Below are positions 20,630-31,700 of a stretch of 64,000 nt of DNA, in pieces. Source of the stretch: Podarcis pityusensis (taxonomy: Eukaryota); the NCBI GenBank assembly GCA_964106645.2, contig OZ067043.1; one strand, 5' to 3'. Numbering within the stretch: position 1 is the stretch's first letter; every line of letters begins with the position of its first letter. Under the pieces are notes generated by a model. That model saw nothing but the letters and a program-made list of their open reading frames with translations, was not told the origin of the DNA and did no database searches. The position numbers were made by a program, and so were the translations under genes.

Positions 20630-21850
20630 GATCTTCTCCTCTGATCGGGACTGAGAGCCGGCGAGGAACCTGTGATTTCCACCAATCCCGAAGACGCTCT
20701 CTCCGCGTTCCCTAATCTCCCACGTGACTTCTTGGAGAGCAGCCCCCCGTCCTGTTGCACTAAACGGGGCTGACGAGGGCGGCGGCGGCGGCGGCGGCGG
20801 CGGCCCGGGGAGCGGGCTGGCTGGGAATGGCTGGCCGGAGCTGGCAGGGGCGGCGCTGAGCGCGCAGGAGGCGGAGCTGCCGGCGCGCCCAAGCAGGCCT
20901 GATCCGCTCCCCGGTGTGGGCGCCGCTCATCGTCCTGCCTGGGCTCCGCTGTGCTGCCCGGGATGGGGCGCAGGAGCCGCTCTTGCAGCTGGCCGGGCAG
21001 CCGCCCGCTCTGAGGCCGGGCCGGGCTGGGCTGGGGCCGGGGGAGCCGCCGCGCCGTCCCCTGAGCCGCCCGGCCCGGGCGCCGAGAGACAGCGGCACCA
21101 CGAGCGCACGGCGCGGCCGGGAACGAGCAGGCGGTGAGCTGGAGCGAGCGGGGCCGAGCCGGGGAGGGAGTCCGCTGCTCGGGCGCGGGGAGCCCAGAGG
21201 GGCTGCACCCATCGCGGGCGGGCGGGTGGGCGAAGAGAGAGACCCTGCCTTTGCGGCCGCCAGCCTCCTTTTGTTGTGGAGAAGGGGCTGGGTGTGTTCC
21301 CAGCAGGTCTTCCTCACACGGCTCCTCTCGGCGCCTCCATCACCTGCACCCACCTCCGGGGTTCAGGGGCGCATCCCCAGGCGGGGCGCTTCCTCCGGCA
21401 CCTCAGCCATGTTTCGTCTGATCACCCACTCCTGGGCAAACTGGGCACTGTGTGGACCGATGGGCTTGGGCATAGGTGTGTCGAGAGGCGCGGATGGATG
21501 CTCTCGCGTGTACCAGTTCTCGGTGGTGTGCAGCGTAGATGCGTGTCTCTAGATAACAGTTGTGCACGGATGTCTGTTTACAAGCAGGTACGTGGGCGAG
21601 AGTAAAGGTGTGCCTCTGGCTGTCTGTCTGCGCGTATCTCTAGGATGCTGGCACTTGAGCCCCTCCCCCAGCCAGCCTCGCTCCCCCTCCCCCAAGATGG
21701 CTCCTGCACAATCCCCAAGGCGCTTCTTCGAGCAGAGAAAGGCTGGGACTGTGTCTGGGCCGCCTGGGAATTGGGGAGGGGGGGGGCGCTCTGGCACCTG
21801 CTGCACAAGCTTGTTCTCAGCCCCTCCGCCTCTGGGCCGGATCACTTTTG
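20630..21850 (+). promoter_or_regulatory. CpG island promoter and probable non-coding exon 1 of B4GALT2
   Basis: Very high GC/CpG content; CCAAT 20682-20686; E-box CACGTGAC 20721-20728; probable exon-1 donor GCG|GTGAGC at 21133/21134. Confidence 0.8.
20778..20804 (+). repeat. (GGC)9 trinucleotide repeat in the B4GALT2 5' region
   Basis: Read directly from the sequence. Confidence 0.95.
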
Positions 21851-24800
21851 AGGTTCTTCTACCCGTTTGAGGTTCCTGACAAGACGGGGGATTTCCTGTT
21901 CCAGGCAGGGGGATCCGTGGAGAAACAATGTAGCCTTTCTCTTAGGAAAAGGGAAGGGGCAGCTGCTTTTAGGAACGAGGGGCCTCACAGCCAAGGCAGC
22001 CCAGGCGGAAAATAATGGAGCTTGTATATGTTTACCAGGCTGTGTGCTCTGTGTGGAACAGAATGGCCTTGTTGCTGTCTTTTGGATCAGTTTTGCAAAA
22101 AAAGAAGAAGAGAGGAATAAACACACACACAACAGCAACCCTTGGCTGGCATCCACTTACCTTTCCCAGAGCTTCCCCATGGGCTTCTCTTCAGCCAACT
22201 GGTTTTGTTGCCCCTTGGGAGCCCATATGGGACTAGGGGCTAGCACTATATATAGCCTAGAAATGTGTGTGCCTGGGAAGCAGGGGGCTCTGTGTTGCCT
22301 GTGCCTTCCTGCAGGCACCATTTACGAATGTTTCACTTTCCTGTTTTCACAGATAGGTAACTTTCCAAAACAGGTAACTGTTAGGGATGCTTATGCTAAG
22401 TCAGGTCAGCAAGGAACATTATGGACCCGAGACTATGTTTTCTGACTCCAGTTAAAACCTGGATATTTTTTAATGCCCACAAATTGTATAAACATTGTTG
22501 TCTGCTCTCTGGTGATCATCAGGCAGAAGACAAGACTGAATTTCCAGATAAATTATTCACAGCCAAGGAGCAGCCCAGCTGCAGTCTGGCTCCATTAGTG
22601 GATTGTTAACATTGCAAAAGCCCATCTCTCCAGCTTTGCTAACTTGTATTTTGCACAGCTTGCCTGCACTCTGTTTGTACAATGGGATATCCAGCTACAT
22701 ACTTAATCGAGGGGAAAGGAATGGAGAGACTCCTGTGAGGGAAAACACAGGCAGACCTGGGATGCCATCTCATTTAAGAGGCTGCTGTAGATAATATCCT
22801 AGGAATAAGATGGTGGCTAATGGGCTCCTGCAATGTGTACTAGCTTCACAAATAGTCTTTCTTGCCCCAGAGATGAGCTGTCTCTGACACACGGGCCAAG
22901 TTGCCACTTAAGCAGTTTCTGACTTCTGCCTCTGTTTCTCATCCTCTTGTGTGAGAGAAGGCCAGGGGTTTTCTTGAATGCAGTGGATGTAGGTTGGCAA
23001 AGGAAGTATCTGAGGATGAACTCGGGGACCAGCAAAGCTCCTGGGAGGAGATAATTATATTCCTTTGGCACCCACTCCACTAGCCAGAGTGCAGCAAAGC
23101 CATAATTTTGAAGGAATTACATGATGGACTACAACTTTACCAGGCCCAGCTAGCATGTGCCATCTAGGGCTGTTTGGGAGTTATAGTTCAAAACTTTGGA
23201 GGGTGCTATGTTGACAAGGGCTGCTTTAGGACAAGAGACATCTGGTTGACAGGTAAAACATAGTGGTTCTAGGATGCCAACGTGTATCCACATATTCTGT
23301 TTTGAGATATTTTGTTCCTTAAGAGGAGCCATCTTATTGTGAACAAGGATGTGTCTGGACTGATTTTCTTAATCTTCAGGTTCCCAGTGGCAGACTTTGG
23401 ATCCCCAAATTTCAGTGGCACCCTGTGTGATGCTAAACTTTGGTGCCCCCCTCTCATGCCCCATTCTACATCACTGTTGTGGTGCCCCCCTGTGGTGCCA
23501 GTGCCTAGTGTGGCCAAACTGGCTGCGCTACCTTAAAACTACCTCTGAGGTTCCCCACACCCTTCCATTTAAGCAAGGCCTTGTTATCTTCACCACGAAT
23601 AGAGCAAACTCTGGTGAGGTTATTCATCCAGCAGACTCAGCAAGGCACTGGGATGCTGCCCTGGCACACGTTCTGAGAAATGGCTACTTTTGAGATTCCA
23701 GCTCTGCAATGTGGTTGGAGTAGAGCAAGTGCACCCGGCCCATTGTGAACCGTTAGGAAGCTACATGGCCCTGAGACGAGTGTGATGTGCTCTGCAGCCC
23801 GCTTCTGCTTGGAGCATGACCCATATACAGCAGTGGTGCTGGTGTCAGTTGGTTTGGCAAGGAAGCTGCAAATTTGTACGGGGCTTCATTCATTCCCTGA
23901 ACCATCAGAATGCCCCTGGCTATGTTGTCTTCTGCTGTTGAGCTCTCCTTAGTGTATTCTTTGTTGGGTGTGCCGTAGTGGCAGGTGAGATGTGTGAATC
24001 TCTGGAATGGGAATTGTTGCTTCAGCTCAGATGTTTATATTGTTCCTCTCATTGCACTTTCCTCACTGTGTCCTGGAGCAAGTAAGTAGGGTGTTTGGGA
24101 CATGCAATGTTAAAATTAAATGAGAGTGCCTTATAAATCCTTTTTCCACTCTGCTGCATTCACAATAAACATACTTAGGGGCATTACTAGGACCTTAAAA
24201 TACTCAGGGCACATGCCCATGATATATATTTGCATATGTTAATTTCCGTTCATGTGTAGGTGTAAATTTAGGCTCCCTTTCAAAGGGAAAGCTAGCCTGC
24301 AAGCAAAATGGTTTTGGGAAAAAAAAAAGAGAGAGGGGGGCAAGAGATCTAGGACCTAGTGCAAAAGATCCAGGACTCAAGACTTCTGTTCTATCCCCCA
24401 TATAATGTCCCAGCATGTATTTCAGAAGTTGTGAAAAGCTGTGGTTTGTGTGCCAGGGTGAACACTGTCGTTTTAGTTCAACTCTTTTCAACCCCTAGCT
24501 CACAGCTGATATAAAAACTCCCTGCACATAGAAATGTGGGTGTTTGGGAGAAATCCATGCTTTCCCTGACATTTACATTACTTTGTGGGTGCATTTTTCC
24601 CCATGGGAAAGCATTCAACCTCGCTCCAAACCTTCAGGTCAGATGGTAGATCTTTAGGAAGAGTGTTACAATTTAATCTGTTGGTTGTGTGATCTAGACC
24701 TGGATGAAGTGAAGATTCCTATCTGTTAGGGTTGCATCCAAAGCAGCATCAACAGAGTCCTGCTGGCAACAGTGGCACTTCTGTTTCTTCTCCTACCCCT

Positions 24801-25090
24801 GGTGTTCCCCAAAAATCTTCTCCAGAGGGTTCCCCAATCCTCCAGAGCTGATTTTGAGAGTGTATGTGGAGCTGAATGGGAGAGGAGGTTCCATTCCATT
24901 AGCACAAGGTCTTTTGTACCAGTGGAACAGGAGCGTTGGACACTGCCCACAGTCATTGTGAATTTGGAGGCAGAAGGAAGTAGTGATGATCAACTGATTG
25001 TTGTAAAATGAATACAGGAGTGTTTTCTTGTGCATACATATTTTGGAAAGAGTGACTACTCCCACACCCACCACCAAAAATTTATTCTGA

Positions 25091-25241
25091 CAGCTCAATT
25101 AAAAGAGCATGAGACTCATAATCTCAGGGTCATGGTCAAGGGTTCAAGCCCCATGTTGGGTGAAAAATTCCATTTCAGGTGGTTGGACTAGAATAGATGA
25201 TCCTCGTGGTCCCTTCCAACTCTACAATTCTGTGATTCTGT
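25091..25241 (+). mobile_element. tRNA-Lys-derived SINE with CR1-type 3' tail
   Basis: Degenerate tRNA-Lys(CTT)-like head (AGCTCAATT..AGAGCATGAGACTCATAATCTCAGGGTC..GGTTCAAGCCCCATGTTGGGTG), then the CR1 3' end GGTCCCTTCCAACTCTACAATTCTGTGATTCTGT. Confidence 0.7.
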
Positions 25242-25655
25242 TATTCACTGCCTCCCCATGTAAGGAGAGTTATTGGCTTCTTCCCTTTTTGTGAGGGTCA
25301 TAGAACTCTATAGTGCAGTAGTAAGGCAGAAAGTCTGCTGTTTCAGTCACAAAGGATGAAAGAGATTTTATGGGATTAAGGTATGTGGGTGAATGTACTG
25401 AATATGCAGCTGTCTGACGTGCTAAATGCTTTGTGATTAGCCCAGCATTTGCCTGAATGAAACAGCTTATTATAACTTTCCTCTGTATTAAGCTGAGAGC
25501 CAGATGCTTTGTCCTGGTGCCTGAAGTAGTTACTTGAAAACTCCTATTTCCTTCCATCAATGGCAGTGAGTGCAGTGAAATGTTTGACTTTGGCATAAGG
25601 TAAGACTCCAAATAAATAAATCTATTGTTATAGAGACTTTATTCTTCTTCTAACA

Positions 25656-25790
25656 CAGGGATGCAGAACCCCTGGCCCTCCAGATGTTTCTGAACTACCC
25701 ATCAGCCCCAGCGCAGAAATGGACAGTGGACAGGGATGATGGGTGTTGTATTTCAGCAACATCAGGAGGGCCAAAAGTTCTCCACCCCTG
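25656..25790. mobile_element. hAT-type MITE
   Basis: TIRs CAGGGATG..CACCCCTG; perfect 8-bp TSD TTCTAACA (25648-25655 / 25791-25798). Confidence 0.85.
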
Positions 25791-25929
25791 TTCTAACAAA
25801 ACCTACTTACACACAGTCCCATGTTCAGTACTTCCTAACATTTCAAACAGCTAGAATGAATTAAAGGAGCAGGTTTATTATTATTTTTAAGCTGATATTT
25901 CATGCACAGTAACTTGAGATGATGATGAT

Positions 25930-26000
25930 AATAGAATCATAGAGTTGGAAGAGACCACAAGGGCCATCGAGTCCAACCCCCTGTCAAGCAGGAAACATGA
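25930..26000 (-). mobile_element. CR1-type 3' end fragment
   Basis: ATAGAATCATAGAGTTGGAAGAGACCACAAGGGCCATCGAGTCCAACCCC is the reverse complement of a CR1 3' terminus with ATTCTATG-type repeats. Confidence 0.65.
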
Positions 26001-27286
26001 TGATTATATATTTATACCCTGCACTTTTCCCTCACAGGGATTGTGAAGGTCTAGGCGGGGAAACAAAAATATTTGGAGGGGATACCCAGTTCCACACCAA
26101 AAAGCCTTACCCTGCCCCCTAAAGTGAAAAAATAGGCTTATGAAACATTTTCTTTTGGAATGGTGGATAGAGTTTTACTCCCCAAAATGATTTCTAAAAA
26201 CTTCATAATAGGAAGACTTTTATGTAAGACTTTGTACAGTACAAGATCCTTACAATATTATTCCTGTACACTTAGAATAAGCAGGTCATGAGTTGCACAC
26301 TGAAAGCACAATTCTCAAATGCAAAAGCAAGTTGCATTGCTACCTCTGTGAGGCACTGCAATTGACATGTGAAAGATTCAGTTACTTTGCTTGTGGGCTT
26401 CCTCTTGTTGGCACAGTTGTTGGGTTTGTTTCTGTGCTCTTGCCTGGGCCTCAAAGGACTGTGGGTGTGAGTGGAGAAAGTAGAGGTTTTAGAAGTCTCT
26501 GATAAATATGATGACAGATATTAAGAAGCGGAAACTGATGGCAATAGCTCTGAAAATGAGACTGATTAAATTCCATGTAGTATCCATTGAGTCTTGGTCA
26601 CCCTCTTTTCCCCTCTCAGTTCTTTTTATGGAATTGAGTGCTTTATGTCTGCTTGACACTGGAGGTCTGGAGGAGACAATAATATTCTTTGTCTTGCTAT
26701 AATGTTGATGATTTATTCTCTCTGTACAGTATAGTGTTTTGCCTGCTCCTCATAAACTGGTAGAACCAAAGAGATGCTAGGTTCCTTACAGCCTTCTTGA
26801 CCATTTGGCCCACTATTGGTCTCTTCTGCTGAACATATTGGAGCCTGTCTTTGCATACAGGGAAAGTCCTTAACTTACTGAGGATTTGAGATCCATTGGC
26901 CACCCTTACCTGGTTTAGCCAGCCAGTTGAAGCCATTTCCTGGAGTGTGCCACTGTCACATTCTGACAGCCTATAGGAGCCACAGGCGAGAGCTGAGTGC
27001 AGGGTGGGAACCAAATGTGGACAAACTTTCCCAGAAAGAGCTTTACAAGTCCCCTGCCAGAGGTACTCCTCCTCCCCTAACACCCCTCAATCTGCATAGT
27101 GCATTAAAAAAGTATTGCAAATGTTTCAGGGTCCCCAGAAATGTCTGTTTTGAGGTAGTGGTGGGAAAAACCCTGGGTTTTTAAATCATGGCTTCAATAT
27201 TTCCAGAAAATTTACTTCTCTAGTTAGACCTTAGACTCCTTGGGAATCCTGAGAGTGCCATCCTAACCATTCCTATTCAGAAGTAA

Positions 27287-27637
27287 AGGTACCCTTGACC
27301 ATTAGGTCCAGTCGTGTACAACTCTGGGGTTGCAGCGCTCATCTCGCTCTATAGGCCGAGGGAGCCAGTGTTTGTCTGCAGACAGCTTCCAGGTCATGTG
27401 GCCAGCATGACTAAGCCGCTTCTGGCAAAACCAGAGCAGCGTAAGGAAAGTCATTTACCTTCCTGCCAGAGCAGTACCTATTTATCTACTTGCACTTTGA
27501 TGTGCTTTCAACAGCCTATAGGAGCTGGAACCGAACAACGGGAGCTCACCCCATTGTGGGGATTCAAACTGCCGACCTTCCGATTGGCAAGCCCTAGGGT
27601 CAGTGGTTTAGACCACAGCGCCTCATGCGTCCTTCTG
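27287..27637 (-). mobile_element. Sauria SINE (Squam1-type), near full length
   Basis: Diagnostic segments GGTCATGTGGCCAGCATGACT and TTTACCTTCC..GTACCTATTTATCTACTTGCAC; tRNA-like head at the right end; 11-bp TSD TTCAGAAGTAA (27276-27286 / 27638-27648). Confidence 0.85.
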
Positions 27638-28790
27638 TTCAGAAGTAAGTCCTATTAAACACAGTGGGGCTTACTCAGATAATTGGGGCTAGGAGTGCAG
27701 CCCTGCTCTGCGTTCTGTTCTTTCTGCCTGCTTTCTGCTATTATCCTACAAATTCGTTTTCACAGATGGGGGGGGGGAGATCCTGCTGATAAGGATAAGA
27801 TCAGATACTCTTCACATGTGTGCAATTGTGCCTTAGATCCAGCTTGCCTTTTTTTATCCCCTCCACACACACAAAAGGGACTCCAGCATGGGATGGCAGG
27901 ATTTCAAAGTGAAAGTGGAACAGCCCCTCTTAAATAAAGCTCCTGTTGAGAATTGTTCCCTTCCAAATGCTGTGGAACTGGTGCCTTTTTATGATAAGAG
28001 GTGTCATGATGGGTGATTGATCTGTGTTATCTGTCATGTCTGTGTGTGCAGGATGTAGGTCTTTGAGGGAGCAAAGGATAATTGAATACAGAAAAGGGGG
28101 CGTAGGGGGTGCTGGTCTGGTGTGGTAAAGGTCTAGTTCCAGAGCTGGTATCTGAGTTGCTGTTGGAGAGATAAGACAGGCCCTGGTCCCTGGAAAGGGA
28201 TGCAGTGCCTAACTTGGATCATTCTCCTCTTGATTCCTGTGTCTGCCCTCCCCAAAGCTCAAGGGACATCTGCCCTTCTTTCATTTCTGATGTTAAGGGC
28301 AGGAGGATATCAGTGCTGGCAAGTGGAAAGCCCTCTCCTTCCTTCTTAATAACCCCTTGTTGAGTGCCAGCCCTTCATCTCTTTTGTTTTTGTTTCTTTG
28401 GCTGGGCGGCTTCTTGCCCATTTGCCAACATTTCTTTATAGGGGGAGATAGAATGTCAGGAGAGTTATTAGATTGAAAAAGCTCATCTACTTAGACTGGA
28501 ATCAATGCCATAGTGTAAGCATGCATAGTCATTCTGCAGGTTGTGGGTGATGGTAGTGATAGGATGGCCACCCTTTCCCCATGAAACTTGCCCAAAATTT
28601 GTGGGGAAGACAGAAGGGGTAGTACTTGCTTGCCTTTAACACACTGTGCTCTTATGAGAGTGTTTGGTGGGTGCTGCTGGTAGGGAAGGTGTATTTGCTG
28701 ACCCCTCCATCTTTCCCAAACAGGCTTGGTGCCTGGGCCAGAGCCCCCTACACTGTGCCCCCCTGATGCTGGCTGGCCTGTGCCCAGAAG

Positions 28791-31700
28791 ATGAGCAGAT
28801 TGCTGGTGGGAGTGACCCTGGAGAGGATCTGCAAAGCTGTGCTGCTCTTATGTTTACTGCACTTCCTCATCATCATGATCCTCTACTTTGATGTCTACGC
28901 CCAGCGCCTGGACTTTTTCAGCCGCTTCAATATGCGCAACTCCTCCCGCACTCTGCCCTACGTCAACGTCTCTCGGCCTAACGGGACCGCCGGGCCTCTG
29001 GGCCCTGAGCTCCTGGCCCCGAGTGTGAAGTCCGTCAGTATGAACAGCACTGTCACCGAGAAGCCCTTACCACCTTGCCCAGAGATGCCTCCTGGCCTAG
29101 GTAAGATTACAGATGAGCTCTGTCTGCCTCATGCCGTGTCCTACAGAAGGCCCTTTAGTGGGGAAACTGTATTGCAGTTATTGGGTTTATTTGTGCCCTG
29201 CTTGCCACCTGCTGTTTCCCTGTCAATGCAAATATGTCAAGTGGCTTTGGCTCCTGATAAGAGGAACTAGAAGATCTAGGAATCTGCAGAACAGGCATGG
29301 TATTGCAAATCATAGGCTCCAATAGCCTCTACCATTGGAGCCAATCCTGCAGTGGAAAAACAGTTGGGAATATGTGGACAGTAATTGTTGAAAGCTGGCA
29401 AACTGAATAGTGTTCTTAGTATATTTACAGTGATCAGATAGCGGATTTTTTATTTCCTTTTTTGCCATGGCAACTCCTTGTCTCTTTCCCAGCCCCACTG
29501 TACCTAGCTGGTACCTTTCTGCAAGTGGGCTACAAGTAATTGGGGAAAGGGCTCAGCTTCTGCACAGACACGGCTTAGTAGGGGCTACAAGGGTTAGCTT
29601 CTTCTTATGCTGATCTCTTTGAATGAATGCATGAAGTAGACCAGCTTTCACTCACCTGATGCCCTCCAAATGTATTGGACTACAACATGGCTGCGGCTGA
29701 TGAAACGTAGCACAAAAACATCTGGAAAGCACCTGGTTAGTGAAGACCAAAGTAGACCATCTCCTCACCCTAGGGGGCAAAACATTTAAGGCATAGAGAA
29801 CTTAATACCCTTATTCCTGACAGGTGAATAAAGAGTTGAAGCATAAGCTTTGGTACAGTGGTACCTCTGGATGTGAACGGGATCCATTCCGGAGCCCTGT
29901 TCGCATCCTGAAGTGAACGCAACCCGCGTCTACGCATGTGCGGGTCGTGATTCGCCACTTCCGCGCATGCGCGTGATGTCATTTTGACTGTCTACGCATG
30001 TGCGAGTGGCAAAACCCGGGAATAAAGGGCTCCGTTACTTCTGGGTCGCCGCAGTGCGCAACCCGAAAATACTCATCCCGAAGCTACTTAAACTCAAGGT
30101 ACGACTGTATTGATATTTAACTGGGGCTAAAACTTTTATTAAACAATGCAACCTGCAACAAGCAACAACCTTTCCTGTTAACTCTGAATCACTTAGCTGG
30201 GTATTCAAGTTAACTCTGCTTTGACTGTTTGCTGTCTCTATGCTTGATACATGTTTCGGTATTTAGGTTTCTTTGCTGATTTTTTTCTGGGCAGTGCCCC
30301 ACCAACTTGGCTGGTGAAAGGGACATGAGCTGTTTGTGTAAGTCAAGAGGCTGTGGCTGATGCATAGATAATGGAGTCCTTTCTCCTGCAGTGGGCCGGC
30401 TCCTTATCGAGTTCAGCACTCCCATGAGCATGGAGCGGGTGCAACGGGAAAACCCAGATGTGCGGGAGGGCGGCAAGTATTCTCCCCCAGACTGTGTGCC
30501 TCGCCAGAAGGTGGCCATCCTCATTCCGTTCCGGCACCGGGAGCACCACCTCAAGTACTGGCTGCACTACCTGCACCCGATTCTACGGCGCCAGAAGGTG
30601 TCTTATGGCATCTATATAATTAACCAGGTGCGTAGAGAATGATAATGTGAAGCAGTGGTGCAGTTGGGTCATTGAGTATTCTGGACTGAATGGTCTCATG
30701 GGCATCTCCTTCAGATGGTAATGTGCATTACTTCAAAATATGGTGTTCCAGCCCTGCTGTGCTCCAAAGCAGAAGGAGTAGGGCCTGGATATCTGACCCA
30801 AAGTTCTGTCCTAATGGCACCACTGATGCGGAAGAGAGCAAGATGGTTGGGTTTAGAACATAGTGCCATCTGGTTCCCTTGAGAGGAACCTGATTAGGGA
30901 AAGCGGTATGTTAGTTTTCATGAATATATGCCTCTCTGTTCTGAGTGGAAGTAAAGGCTTCCTGCTTTGTGGGGGAAGTTGAGTGTGGGCCTTACAATGC
31001 ACCATGAACTTTGCACCTATGGTAAGTGTGGAATGTGACGTAGATGCTTCTCACTTGCTTCTTGTTTTAAAAAAAATCAGGCCTGCTCTCTGACATGACA
31101 ATAAATCTGCAATACAGTTGGTGGGACATTGCAAGATCTATAAAGCGAGATATAACAATTCTAGAAAAAAATAGGAAAACGGTAGAATGTTATTCACAAT
31201 GAAATGTAACAAGAGAGAGGTCAGCCAGATGCATCAGGTAAGAGTAAAAGGGTTGTGGCAGTTGATGTGATCCTGTCCTTCATTATCTTTCCGTACAGTT
31301 TGGTGAAGACACCTTTAACCGAGCTAAGCTGTTGAATGTGGGCTTCCTAGAAGCCCTTCGAGATGATGAGAGCTATGACTGCTTCATCTTCAGCGATGTT
31401 GACCTGGTGCCCATGGATGACCGGAATCTCTATCGCTGTTATGACCAACCCCGGCACTTTGCTGTTGCCATGGATAAGTTTGGCTTCCGGTGAGTTTGTG
31501 CACTTTGATCTTTTTTGAAATGCCAGTGGCCCCTTGAAAATGTTCAGAGTGTCAGAGGCAAAATTGAAGGAGGAATATATGACTTTATTGCACACATAAC
31601 TTATGTGCTCTCATTCTGTGTGGCTTGGACATTGTGGGGACCTGCAAGCTGTGAAATGTGTTTCTTATCTAGATTGCAGCACAGGAACCTCCCCCGTTCT

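Noticed and set aside
20626-21870. Several long overlapping ORFs (up to 212 aa) on both strands
   Set aside because: Low-complexity Arg/Pro/Gly/Ala products expected from a stop-poor CpG island; no recognisable domain.
25091-25165. tRNA-Lys-like sequence
   Set aside because: Degenerate stems and a fused CR1 tail show it is a SINE head, not a tRNA gene.
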